Below are positions 50,754 through 61,218 of a DNA stretch of 64,000 nt, one piece after another. Below the pieces are notes generated by a model. It saw only the letters and a list, made by a program, of their open reading frames with translations. It searched no databases and was not told the DNA's origin. The stretch lies in assembly GCA_963727485.1 (NCBI GenBank), contig CAVSGM010000001.1:1024001-1088000 (forward strand), read 5' to 3'. Position 1 is the stretch's first letter. Every line of letters starts with the position of its first letter. Position numbers and translations under genes: made by a program. The DNA is from an uncultured delta proteobacterium (lineage in GTDB: Bacteria > Myxococcota > Myxococcia > SLRQ01).

Positions 50754-51812
50754 ATGCAGCGCACGGCACCGACGATGGTGATGCTCCTGGCCGCCCTGGC
50801 CTTCGCCTCGGTGGGCTGCGGCACCGACGCCGGGGGCACCGGCGGGACCGGTGGCGGCGATGGCGGCTCCGGCGGGACCCTCACCGACGGCGGCGGGGGC
50901 ACCGATGGCGGCGGCACGGCGACCGACGGCGGCGGCACGGCGACCGACGGCGGCGCCCCCGACGCGGGCGCCACCGACGCCGGCTGGGGTCCCAACGACG
51001 GTGGGACCTTCCCGGTGGTCGCCTGCCAGGGCCACGTCTACCAGTGCGGTGACGGCATCGACAACGACGGCGACGGGAAGATCGACTGGCAGGACCCCGA
51101 CTGCCTCGGCCCCTGCGACAACAACGAGTCCGGCTACGCCACCGCCATCCCCGGCGGCAACAGCGCCCCCTGCAAGCAGGACTGCTACTTCGACCAGGAC
51201 ACCGGCTCCGGGAACGACACCTGCGCCTGGAACGCCAAGTGCGATCCCCTCTCGCCCCAGGGCAACACCTGCCCCTACGACGCGAACCTCCTCGGCGGCA
51301 AGGACTGCCCGGCCGCCCAGACCCAGACCTGCCACGACTTCTGCGGGCCCCTGACCCCCAACGGCTGCGACTGCTTCGGCTGCTGCGACCTCCCGGGCGG
51401 GTCCGGGAACTGGGTCTACATCGGCAGCACCGACGCCGCCGGCGTGGCGACCTGCGACCTGGCCCACGCCAGCGACCCGGCCCTGTGCCACCCCTGCACC
51501 CCGGTGGCCGCCTGCCAGAAGACCTGCGGGCGCTGCCAGCTCTGCCTGGGCAAGACCACCGTGCCCCCGGACTGCTACACCGACGGCGGGACCCCCGGCG
51601 ACGGCGGCACCGTGGACGGTGGCACCTCGGACGGCGGCGCGGGCGACGGCGGGATCATCGACAACGGCGGCGACGGCGGCACCACCGACGGCGGCGTCAT
51701 CAACCCGGGCCAGTGCCCGAGCGGCGTCCAGGCCTGCGGGCTCCCGGGCCAGGCCCCGTGCACCGGCGGGTACTACTGCATCACCGGGTGCTGCCAGCCG
51801 ACGATCCCCTAG
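50754..51812 (+). CDS. Cys-rich lipoprotein with DGG-repeat linkers
   Basis: Lipobox SVGC; 31 Cys; CGDGIDNDGDGKIDWQDPDC acidic motif; GGAGG RBS. Confidence 0.85.
   Translation: MQRTAPTMVMLLAALAFASVGCGTDAGGTGGTGGGDGGSGGTLTDGGGGTDGGGTATDGGGTATDGGAPDAGATDAGWGPNDGGTFPVVACQGHVYQCGDGIDNDGDGKIDWQDPDCLGPCDNNESGYATAIPGGNSAPCKQDCYFDQDTGSGNDTCAWNAKCDPLSPQGNTCPYDANLLGGKDCPAAQTQTCHDFCGPLTPNGCDCFGCCDLPGGSGNWVYIGSTDAAGVATCDLAHASDPALCHPCTPVAACQKTCGRCQLCLGKTTVPPDCYTDGGTPGDGGTVDGGTSDGGAGDGGIIDNGGDGGTTDGGVINPGQCPSGVQACGLPGQAPCTGGYYCITGCCQPTIP
50883..50955 (+). repeat. Tandem coding repeat (TDGGG[TA])n
   Basis: About four ACCGAYGGCGGCG units of 18-21 nt. Confidence 0.75.
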
Positions 51813-51861
51813 ACACGACGGGCGTGCGGGCGGGCCGGGCGGCGGCTATGATGCGCCGCCC

Positions 51862-52913
51862 ATGCCCGCCTTCCGCCAGCCCGCCGAGTGGGATCCCCAC
51901 GCCGCCTGCTGGGTCGCCTGGCCCAGCCACGCCGATCTCTGGGGCGAGCGCCTCGCGGAGGCCCGGGCCGCCTTCGTGGCCCTGTGCCGGGGCATCGCCG
52001 ACCCCGACGGCGAGGGCCGGGCCCGGGGCGAGCGCCTCGAGTGCCTGGTCCTCGACGACCGGGGCGAGGCGAAGGCCGCCGGGGCGCTGGCGGGCCTGCC
52101 GGTGCGCTTCCACCAGATCCCGTTCGGGGACATCTGGCTCCGGGACACCGGGCCCATCTTCGTCACCGACGACGCGGGGCGCGTGGCCGGGACGCGGTTC
52201 CTCTTCAACGGCTGGGGCGGGAAGTACGAGCTCGAGGGCGACGAGACGGTGGGCGACGCCATCGCCGCCGCCGCCGGGGTGCCGGTCCACCACCACGGCC
52301 TGGTCCTCGAGGGGGGCGCGGTGGAGGTCGACGGGGAGGGGACGCTCCTCACCACCCGCCAGTGCCTGGAGAACCCCAACCGCAACCCGGGCTTCGAGCG
52401 GGAGGCCACCGAGCGGGTGCTGGCCGCGGCCCTCGGCGCCGAGACGGTGATCTGGCTCGACCGGGGCCTGAAGAACGACCACACCGACGGCCACGTGGAC
52501 ACCCTGGCGCGCTTCGTCGCCCCGGGCCGGGTCCTGTGCATGGCCCCGAACGGGCCCGGTGACCCCAACGCCGAGGCCCTCGAGGGCATCCGCCACGACC
52601 TGTCGCAGGCGGTGGACGCCCGGGGCCGGGCCCTGGAGGTGGTGTCCCTCCCCTCGCCGGGGGCGGTGCTCGACGGAGAGGGGCGGCTGATGCCCGCCAG
52701 CTACGTGAACTTCTACATCGCCAACACCGCGGTGGTGGTGCCCCAGTACGGGAAGCCCGAGGACGCCGAGGCGGTTTCCGTCGTCGCCGGCTGCTTCCCC
52801 GGCCGCCGGGTGGTCGGCGTCGACGCCCGGGCCATCCTCGAGGGGGGCGGTGCCTTCCACTGCATCACCCAGCAGCAGCCGGCGGGGGCGCCCGCCCCCG
52901 TGGAGGACGACTG

Positions 52914-52914
<1 letters not shown>
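51862..52914 (+). CDS. aguA: Agmatine deiminase
   Basis: PAEW.PH, DIWLRDTGP, LEGGA...DGEGT, DHTDGHVD, SYVNFY, GGGAFHCITQQQP. Confidence 0.95.
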
Positions 52915-53776
<862 letters not shown>

Positions 53777-53780
<4 letters not shown>

Positions 53781-54466
53781 CGGCGCGCCCCACGGTGCTC
53801 CTCTTCGACGTGGACGGGACCCTGGTGACCACCGGGGGCGCCGGGCGCCGGGCCATGGAGCGCGCCTTCGAGGTCTTCGCCGGGCGCCGGGACGCCACCG
53901 AGGGGCTCTCCTTTGGCGGGATGACCGACCGGGGCATCGCCCGCTACGGCCTCGAGCGCATCGGCCGGGAGGCCGACGACGCCACCATCGACGCCTTCCT
54001 CGCCGCCTACCTCACGGTGCTCGACGCCGAGATCGCCGCGGCGGAGAACTACCGGGCGCTGCCCGGGGTCGAGGCCCTGGTGGCGGCGCTCCCGGCCCAC
54101 GACCACCTGGCCCTGGGCCTCGGCACCGGGAACGTCGAGGCCGGCGCCCGGGCCAAGCTCGCCCGGGTGGCCCTCGATGGCGCCTTCACCTTCGGGGGCT
54201 TCGGCGACGACCACGAGGACCGGGCGCTGCTGGTGCGCGCCGGGGCCGAGCGCGGGGCGGCGCGCCTGGGCCGGCCCCTCGACGCCTGCCGGGTGGTGAT
54301 CATCGGCGACACCCCCCGGGACGTGGCGGCGGCGCGGGCCATCGGGGCCGAGTGCCTGGCCGTCGCCACCGGCGGCGCCACCGCCGAGGTGCTCCGGGCC
54401 GCCGAGCCCACCCGCCTGGTCGCCGACCTCACCCACCCGAGCGTGCCCGGCTTCCTCGCCGGCTGA
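53777..54466 (+). CDS. HAD-family hydrolase
   Basis: LFDVDGTL, TGN, IIGDTPRD. Confidence 0.9.
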
Positions 54467-54470
54467 GCCC

Positions 54471-56297
54471 ATGGCGCCGCTCCTCTCGCTCACCGAGGTC
54501 CACCTGGCCTTCGGCGGCCCGCCGGTCCTGGAAGGGGTGAGCCTCCAGGTGGAGAAGGGCGAGCGGGTGGGGCTCCTGGGCCGCAACGGCGCCGGCAAGT
54601 CGTCGCTCCTGGCGCTCCTCGAGGGCACGGTCGCCCCCGACGCCGGCACCGTGGACCGGGCCCCGGCGCTCCGGGTCGCCCGGCTCCCCCAGGACGTCCC
54701 CGACGGCCTCGCCGGGACGGTGCGGGAGATCGTGGCCACCGGGCTCGGTCCCCTGCGCGCCGCGGTGGAGGACCAGGGCGAGTGGGCGCTGGCGCAGCGG
54801 GTCGACCGGGTGCTCCAGGACACGGGCCTCGACGGCGACGCCGAGGTGGCGACCCTCTCCGGGGGCCTCTCGCGCCGGGTGCTCCTGGCCCGGGCCCTGG
54901 TGAGCGATCCCGACGTCCTCCTCCTCGACGAGCCCACCAACCACCTCGACCTCGAGGCCATCGAGTGGCTCGAGTCCATGCTCCTCGCCGGCCGCCAGGC
55001 CCTGGTCTTCGTCACCCACGACCGGGCGTTCCTCCGGCGGCTCGCCACCCGCATCGTCGAGCTCGATCGCGGGCGTCTGTTCGACTTCGCCTGCGACTAC
55101 GACACCTTCGTCGCCCGCAAGGAGGCGCTGCTGGAGGCCGAGGCCAAGGCCGACGCCCGCTTCGACAAGCGCCTCGCCGAGGAGGAGGTCTGGATCCGCC
55201 AGGGCATCCAGGCCCGGCGCACCCGCAACGAGGGCCGGGTGCGGGCCCTGGAGGCGATGCGCGTGGCGAGGCAGGCGCGCCGGACGCGGACGGGCCAGGC
55301 GACCCTGACCCTCCTCGAGGCCGAGCGCAGCGGGAAGCTGGTGGTCGAGACCGAGGATCTGGGCTTCGCCTACGACGGCGGCCCGCCGGTGATCCGGGGG
55401 CTGACGACGACCCTCCTCCGGGGCGACCGGGTGGGCATCGTCGGCCCCAACGGCGCGGGCAAGACCACGCTGCTGCGCGTCCTCCTCGGGGAGCTGAAGC
55501 CCACCTCGGGGAGGGTGCGCCTGGGGACGAACCTCGAGGTCCTCTACCTCGACCAGCGCCGGGACACCCTCGATCCCGAGCGCACGGTGCGGTGGAACCT
55601 CGCCGGCGACGACGACTTCGTGTCGGTGGGCGGCGAGCGGCGCCACGTCATCGGTTACCTCCAGGACTTCCTGTTCACCCCCGACCGGGCCAACTCGCCG
55701 GTGCGCATCCTCTCCGGGGGCGAGAAGAGCCGGCTGCTGCTGGCCCGGGGCTTCACCCGGCCCGCGAACGTCCTGGTCCTCGACGAGCCCACCAACGACC
55801 TCGACCTCGAGACCCTCGACCTGTTGGAGGCGCGGCTGGCGGCGTTCACCGGCACCGTGCTCCTGGTGAGCCACGACCGGGACTTCCTCGACCGGGTGGT
55901 GACCAGCACCCTGGTCTTCGAGGGCGGGGGGCGGGTGGCCGAGTACGTGGGCGGGTACAGCGACTGGGTGCGCCAGCGGCCGGCGCCGGCGGTGCAAGGC
56001 CGCAAGGCGAAGGCGGGCGGCGGCGAGGCGAAGGCCGGCGGCACCAAGGGGAAGCCGAAGTCGCCCCGGCCCAAGAAGCTCGGCTTCAAGGAGAAGCGCG
56101 AGCTCGCCGAGCTGCCGGGGCGCATCGAGGCCCTGGAGCAGGAGCAGGCGGCGCTCCACGCCAGGATGGCCGACCCGGCGCTCTACCGCGACGCCGGCGC
56201 CGAGGTGGCCAAGATCCAGGCGCGCCTCGACGCCCTCGACGGCGAGCTCGAGGTCGCCTACGCGCGGTGGGCCGAGCTCGACGCGATCCCCGAGTAG
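54471..56297 (+). CDS. uup: ABC-F ATPase, Uup-like
   Basis: Two NBDs (GRNGAGKS, GPNGAGKT), linker WIRQGIQARRTRNEGRVRAL, C-terminal coiled coil ending RWAEL. Confidence 0.92.
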   Translation: MAPLLSLTEVHLAFGGPPVLEGVSLQVEKGERVGLLGRNGAGKSSLLALLEGTVAPDAGTVDRAPALRVARLPQDVPDGLAGTVREIVATGLGPLRAAVEDQGEWALAQRVDRVLQDTGLDGDAEVATLSGGLSRRVLLARALVSDPDVLLLDEPTNHLDLEAIEWLESMLLAGRQALVFVTHDRAFLRRLATRIVELDRGRLFDFACDYDTFVARKEALLEAEAKADARFDKRLAEEEVWIRQGIQARRTRNEGRVRALEAMRVARQARRTRTGQATLTLLEAERSGKLVVETEDLGFAYDGGPPVIRGLTTTLLRGDRVGIVGPNGAGKTTLLRVLLGELKPTSGRVRLGTNLEVLYLDQRRDTLDPERTVRWNLAGDDDFVSVGGERRHVIGYLQDFLFTPDRANSPVRILSGGEKSRLLLARGFTRPANVLVLDEPTNDLDLETLDLLEARLAAFTGTVLLVSHDRDFLDRVVTSTLVFEGGGRVAEYVGGYSDWVRQRPAPAVQGRKAKAGGGEAKAGGTKGKPKSPRPKKLGFKEKRELAELPGRIEALEQEQAALHARMADPALYRDAGAEVAKIQARLDALDGELEVAYARWAELDAIPE

Positions 56298-56370
56298 GGC
56301 GCCGATCCACGCAAGCCGTGCGATGGCCTCGGCGCCACCACGCAACGACTGCAGGCGGCTCAGAACGATA

Positions 56371-56425
56371 TCGGACAAAATTGTCCGAAATCATTGGGGA
56401 AGCAGAATCCGGCACGGCCGTTGCC
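56371..56425 (+). promoter_or_regulatory. Sigma54 promoter with a perfect upstream palindrome
   Basis: TCGGACAA-AA-TTGTCCGA (56371-56388); CGGCACG-GCCG-TTGC (56410-56424). Confidence 0.72.
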
Positions 56426-56463
56426 TTGGGGCGGGGCAACCCTTCCAACCCGGAGCTCGTCCC

Positions 56464-58752
56464 ATGCGTCTGCGAAAGTACTGGATCGCGCTTGCCGTCG
56501 TCGTCGGTGCCTCGTTCCTCGTCCTCGGGGGCGAAGGCGTCCAGCTGCACCACGCGCTGCCGCCCGTCCCCGGCACCGTCGTCGGCCCCGCCGGCCGGGT
56601 GGTCACCACCCGCGCCGCCATCCAGCGGGGCCAGGCGGTCTGGGAGTCGTTGGGCGGCCAGGAGATGGGCTCCATCTGGGGCCACGGCGCCTACGTGGCC
56701 CCGGACTGGACCGCCGACTGGCTCCACCGTGAGGCGACCTTCGTCCTCGACGACTGGGCCCGCGCCGAGGGCGCTACCGGCTTCGCCGCCCTCTCGTTGG
56801 AGCAGCAGGGCGCCCTGAAGGCGCGCCTGAAGCCGGTGATGCGCCACGACACCTACGACGCGAGGACGGACACGGTGACCCTGCCGGCGGCGCGCGTCGC
56901 CGCCTTCGACGCCCTCTCGCGCCACTACGCCGCGGTCTTCACCCAGGGGAAGGCGGCCTACGCGATCCCGGCCAAGACCCTCACCGACCCCTCGAAGCTC
57001 GAGGACCTGGCGGCCTTCTACTGGTGGACGAGCTGGGTCGCCTCGACGGACCGCCCGGGCTCGGACGTCACCTACACCCAGAACTGGCCCCACGAGGCGC
57101 TGGTGGGCAACGTCGCCACCGCCGGCAACGTGATGTGGAGCTTCGCCTCGGTGATCCTCCTGCTCGCCGCCATCGGCGCCATGGTCTGGTGGCGCCAGGG
57201 CCGCTCGGAGCCCGAGACCCGTCAGACGGACCTCCCCGAGACCGATCCCCTCCTCGGGGTGACGCCGACCCCGAGCCAGCGCGCCACCTACAAGTACTTC
57301 GTCGTCGTCGTGGGCATGATGGTGCTCCAGGTGGCCATGGGCGCCCTCACCGCCCACTACGGCGTCGAGGGCAACGGGGTCTTCGGCTTCCCCCTGGCGA
57401 AGTACCTCCCCTACGCGGTGACGCGCTCCTGGCATCTGCAGCTGGGCATCTTCTGGATCGCCACCGCCTGGCTCGCCACCGGCCTCTACCTGGCGCCGCT
57501 GCTCGGCGGCACCGAGCCGAGGTACCAGCGCCTCGGGGTGAACGTCCTCTTCGGCGCCCTGGTGGTGGTGGTCGGTGGCACCCTGGTGGGCCAGTGGCTG
57601 TCCGTGAAGCAGGATCTCCCGCTCTCGCTCTCCTACCTCCTCGGCCACCAGGGCTTCGAGTACGTGGACCTGGGGCGGGTGTGGCAGATCGGGCTCTTCG
57701 TGGGCCTCTTCCTCTGGCTGGGGCTGATGCTCCGGGGCCTGTGGCCGGCGCTGGGGCGCCGTGACGAGCAGCGCCCGCTCCTGCTCCTGTTCACCCTCTC
57801 GGCGCTGGCCATCGCCAGCTTCTACGGCGCCGGCCTGATGTACGGGGCCAAGAGCCACCTGGGCTCGGTGGAGTACTGGCGCTGGTGGGTGGTGCACCTG
57901 TGGGTCGAGGGCTTCTTCGAGGTCTTCGCCACCGTGGCCATCGCCTTCCTCTTCGTGAAGCTCGGGCTGCTCAATGCCAAGCGGGTCACCCCGGTGGTCC
58001 TCTTCGCCACCGCGGTCTTCCTCGCCGGCGGCATCATCGGCACCTTCCACCACCTCTACTTCGCCGGGACGCCGTCGCCGGTGCTGGCGCTGGGCGCGGT
58101 GTTCAGCGCCCTGGAGGTCGTCCCCCTGGTGCTGGTGGGCTTCGAGGTCTGGCAGAACCTCCACCTCCTCGACGCCAAGCCCTGGCTCGCCGGCTACAAG
58201 TGGCCCATCTACTTCTTCGTCGCCGTGAGCTTCTGGAACCTGGTGGGCGCCGGCCTCTTCGGCTTCCTCATCAACCCGCCGGTGGCCCTCTACTACATGC
58301 AGGGCCTCAACCTCACGCCGCTCCACGGCCACACGGCGCTCTTCGGGGTCTACGGGATGCTGGGCATCGGCCTGATGCTCTTCACCCTCCGGGCGCTCAA
58401 GCCCCGCGCGGTGTGGAACGACCGGATCCTCTCGGTGGCCTTCTGGACCCTCAACGGCGGGCTGGCGGGGATGTCGCTACTCTCGCTGCTCCCGGTGGGC
58501 GTCCTCCAGACGATGGCGTCGGTGCAGCAGGGGACCTGGTACGCCCGGTCCGCGGCGTTCCTCCAGACCCCGCTGATGCAGGACCTCCGGTGGCTGCGGG
58601 TCCCCGGCGACGTGGTGTTCACCGTGGGCATCGCGCTGGTGACCTTCTTCGTCGTCGGCCTGCCGCTGGGGTGGTCGACCCTGAAGCAGGCGAAGGGCAC
58701 GCTGCCGGTGCCCGAGGCCGAGCCGGCCCCCGCGGTCGACCGGGCCGCCTGA
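56464..58752 (+). CDS. norB: Quinol-dependent nitric oxide reductase (qNor)
   Basis: GSIWGHGAYVAPDWTADWLH, YTQNWP, RSWHLQ, WWVVHLWVEGFFE, GTFHHLYF, HGHTALFGVYG. Confidence 0.96.
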   Translation: MRLRKYWIALAVVVGASFLVLGGEGVQLHHALPPVPGTVVGPAGRVVTTRAAIQRGQAVWESLGGQEMGSIWGHGAYVAPDWTADWLHREATFVLDDWARAEGATGFAALSLEQQGALKARLKPVMRHDTYDARTDTVTLPAARVAAFDALSRHYAAVFTQGKAAYAIPAKTLTDPSKLEDLAAFYWWTSWVASTDRPGSDVTYTQNWPHEALVGNVATAGNVMWSFASVILLLAAIGAMVWWRQGRSEPETRQTDLPETDPLLGVTPTPSQRATYKYFVVVVGMMVLQVAMGALTAHYGVEGNGVFGFPLAKYLPYAVTRSWHLQLGIFWIATAWLATGLYLAPLLGGTEPRYQRLGVNVLFGALVVVVGGTLVGQWLSVKQDLPLSLSYLLGHQGFEYVDLGRVWQIGLFVGLFLWLGLMLRGLWPALGRRDEQRPLLLLFTLSALAIASFYGAGLMYGAKSHLGSVEYWRWWVVHLWVEGFFEVFATVAIAFLFVKLGLLNAKRVTPVVLFATAVFLAGGIIGTFHHLYFAGTPSPVLALGAVFSALEVVPLVLVGFEVWQNLHLLDAKPWLAGYKWPIYFFVAVSFWNLVGAGLFGFLINPPVALYYMQGLNLTPLHGHTALFGVYGMLGIGLMLFTLRALKPRAVWNDRILSVAFWTLNGGLAGMSLLSLLPVGVLQTMASVQQGTWYARSAAFLQTPLMQDLRWLRVPGDVVFTVGIALVTFFVVGLPLGWSTLKQAKGTLPVPEAEPAPAVDRAA

Positions 58753-58791
58753 TCCGTCCGGGTGGCGCCCGGCGGCGCCGGCTGCCGTCCG

Positions 58792-59577
58792 TCAGCGGCC
58801 AGCGGCGAGGGTGGCGACCACGTGGTCGTGCACCAGACCGTTGGACGCCACCGCCTCGCCGCGCTCGAGGTCCACCGGCCCGCCGTCCGGGGCGGTGAAC
58901 CGTCCGCCCGCCTCGGGGACCAGGATCGCCAGGGGCGCCAGGTCCCACACCTTCACCCCGCCCTCGACCCAGGCGTCGGCCTGGCCGTCGAGGACCATGG
59001 CGCACCCGGCGAGGTCGCCGTGGCAGCGCACCGAGGCGGCGGTCTTCATCAGCTCGGTGACCCCCGGGGCCAGGGCGCTCGGGAGCAGGCACTGGAGCTC
59101 GCCTACGCTGAAGGTCGCCTCGTCCCAGGCGCGCACCCCCGAGACCCGCAGGCGCGTCCCGTCGCGCCAGGCCCCGAGCCCCTGGCCGGCCCAGTAGGTG
59201 ACCCCCAGGGCGGGCAGGGCGAGCGCCCCGGCGAGGACCTCGCCCCGGTGCTCGAAGGCCACCAGTGGCCCCCAGAACGGGCCCCCGCGGGTGAAGCCCC
59301 GGGTGCCGTCGATGGGGTCGACGATCCACCGGCTCTCGCCTTCGCCGGCGTGGTGGCCGGTCTCCTCGCCGAGGACGGCGTGGGTGGGGAAGGTGGCGCG
59401 GAGGGTGGCCAGGATCGCCTCCTCGGCGTCCCGGTCCGCGGCGGTCACCGGCGAGCGGTCGGGCTTGAGCTCCACCCGGACGCCTTCACGGAAGTGGGGG
59501 AGGGCGGCGGCGCCGGCGGCGGCCACCGCCCGGCGGCACACGGCCACCACGCGCTCGAGGTCGGGTCCTGGCGGCAT
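58792..59577 (-). CDS. Inositol monophosphatase family protein (HisN-like)
   Basis: SPVTAAD, LGEE, WIVDPIDGT, WDLAP. Confidence 0.9.
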   Translation of the reverse strand: MPPGPDLERVVAVCRRAVAAAGAAALPHFREGVRVELKPDRSPVTAADRDAEEAILATLRATFPTHAVLGEETGHHAGEGESRWIVDPIDGTRGFTRGGPFWGPLVAFEHRGEVLAGALALPALGVTYWAGQGLGAWRDGTRLRVSGVRAWDEATFSVGELQCLLPSALAPGVTELMKTAASVRCHGDLAGCAMVLDGQADAWVEGGVKVWDLAPLAILVPEAGGRFTAPDGGPVDLERGEAVASNGLVHDHVVATLAAGR

Positions 59578-59628
59578 GGCCGCGATGGTATTAGACAACC
59601 GGGAAGCCGCACACCCCGGAGGCGCGCC

Positions 59629-60225
59629 GTGAAGCAGATCACCGAAGACGTCTGGAGCTGGTCGGTCTTCCACCCCGAGAAGGGCTACGACTTCAATGGG
59701 CTCTACCTCGACCTGGGCGACATGGCCGTCCTGGTGGACCCGCCGCCGATGACCGACGACGACCTGGCGAAGCTCGGGGAGCTCAAGCGCCCGGACCGCA
59801 TCGTCCTCACCAACCGGGACCACCGCCGGGACGCGGAGAAGCTCCGGGATGAGCTCGACGCCCCCATCTGGATCCACCTGGCCGACCAGCCCACCGTGGG
59901 CTGCGAGGTGGACCACACCTTCGGCGACGACGACGAGGTGGCCCCGGGGATCGTCGCGGTGCGCGTGCCCCACAACAAGTCGCCGGGGGAGTGCGCCCTG
60001 TGGTGGAAGGCGCGGCGGATCCTGATCCTCGGCGACGCCCTCATCGGCGACCCGCCCGGGAGGCTCCGGCTCCTGCCCGCCGAGAAGTACGCCGACACCG
60101 CCAAGGCCCGGGAGGGGATCCGGGTGCTCGAGGATCTGCCGGCCCACATGGTGCTGGTGGGCGACGGGGCGAGCGTCCTCGAGGGCGGCGCCGCGGCGGT
60201 GCGGGCGTTCCTCGAGACCGCCTGA
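59629..60225 (+). CDS. MBL-fold protein with degenerate metal motifs
   Basis: LVDPP, LTNRDHRRD, KSPGE, GDALIG, LVGDG; GGAGG RBS before the GTG. Confidence 0.75.
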   Translation: MKQITEDVWSWSVFHPEKGYDFNGLYLDLGDMAVLVDPPPMTDDDLAKLGELKRPDRIVLTNRDHRRDAEKLRDELDAPIWIHLADQPTVGCEVDHTFGDDDEVAPGIVAVRVPHNKSPGECALWWKARRILILGDALIGDPPGRLRLLPAEKYADTAKAREGIRVLEDLPAHMVLVGDGASVLEGGAAAVRAFLETA

Positions 60226-60246
60226 GCGCCCCGCCCCGACGGACCG

Positions 60247-60279
60247 AAAAAGGGCCCCCCGGTCTCCCAGGGGGCCCTT

Positions 60280-60280
<1 letters not shown>
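60247..60280 (-). terminator. Intrinsic terminator after tRNA-Asp (possibly bidirectional)
   Basis: AAAAAGGGCCCCC...GGGGGCCCTTT inverted repeat. Confidence 0.85.
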
Positions 60281-60356
<76 letters not shown>

Positions 60357-60370
60357 ATATTCGGGTTGTT

Positions 60371-60443
60371 TGGGCGGAACAGGGCTCGAACCTGTGACCC
60401 GCGGCTTGTAAAGCCGCTGCTCTACCAGCTGAGCTACCCGCCC
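60371..60443 (-). tRNA. tRNA-Val(TAC), no encoded CCA
   Basis: Minus strand GGGCGGGTAGCTCAG...GCGGC-TTTACAA-GCCGC...GTTCGAGCC...CCGCCCA. Confidence 0.94.
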
Positions 60444-60465
60444 CTTCAGCGGCGGCGAGTGGCGT

Positions 60466-60495
60466 CATATAGGGGAGCGGCACCGGTGGTGTCAA
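60466..60495 (-). promoter_or_regulatory. Sigma70-like promoter of tRNA-Val/tRNA-Asp
   Basis: Minus strand TTGACA-N18-TATATG. Confidence 0.55.
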
Positions 60496-60613
60496 GCGCG
60501 CCGAGCCCCTGGGGCGCGCTGCCCGGGTCCGATGGCACCATCCGGGTCCAGAGTGACCCGGGTCCGCGCGCCCCAGGGGATCGCAACCGGCTGGAATCAG
60601 GACGTCCTCTCCT

Positions 60614-60629
60614 CGGCATGGGCGCTGCA
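60614..60629 (+). promoter_or_regulatory. Candidate sigma54 promoter
   Basis: CGGCATG-GGCG-CTGCA (GG-N10-GC), about 50 nt upstream of the response regulator ATG. Confidence 0.45.
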
Positions 60630-60678
60630 CTACCCGGCTCCAGCGCCGCAACCGGCCGCCACCGTCAAGGAGACGCCC

Positions 60679-61218
60679 ATGCCTACCCGCAACCACTCGA
60701 TCCTCATCGTCGACGACGAGGACAACGTTCGGAACGCCCTGCGCCGGACCCTGCGCAAGGACCCCTACGATCTCACCTTCGCCACCAGCGGCGAGGAGGC
60801 CCTGGCGCTCCTGGAGGTCCAGCCCGTCGACCTCATCGTCAGCGACCACCTGATGCCGGGGATGACCGGCCTCGAGCTCCTCAAGACCGTGAGGAACCTC
60901 TACCCGGAGGTCATGCGCATCATCCTCACCGGCCACGCCGACCTCGAGACCGCCATCGCCGCCATCAACCAGGGTGAGATCTACCGCTTCCTCACCAAGC
61001 CCTGGGACGACGTGGACCTCAAGGTCACCCTCCACCTGGCCCTCGAGCACCTCGACCTGGAGCGGGAGAACAACCGCCTCCTGGACACCGTGCGCCGCCA
61101 GTCGAACTTCATCCGCCGCCTCGAGGACACCTACCCCGGGATCGCCGAGGTAAGGCGCGACGCCGACGGCGCCGTGGTGATCACCGAGGAGGAGCTCGCC
61201 GAAGCCTGGGGAGCGTAA
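60679..61218 (+). CDS. Response regulator (REC plus coiled-coil tail)
   Basis: IVDDE, VSDHLMPGMTG, LTGHAD, FLTKPW; AAGGAG RBS. Confidence 0.92.
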   Translation: MPTRNHSILIVDDEDNVRNALRRTLRKDPYDLTFATSGEEALALLEVQPVDLIVSDHLMPGMTGLELLKTVRNLYPEVMRIILTGHADLETAIAAINQGEIYRFLTKPWDDVDLKVTLHLALEHLDLERENNRLLDTVRRQSNFIRRLEDTYPGIAEVRRDADGAVVITEEELAEAWGA

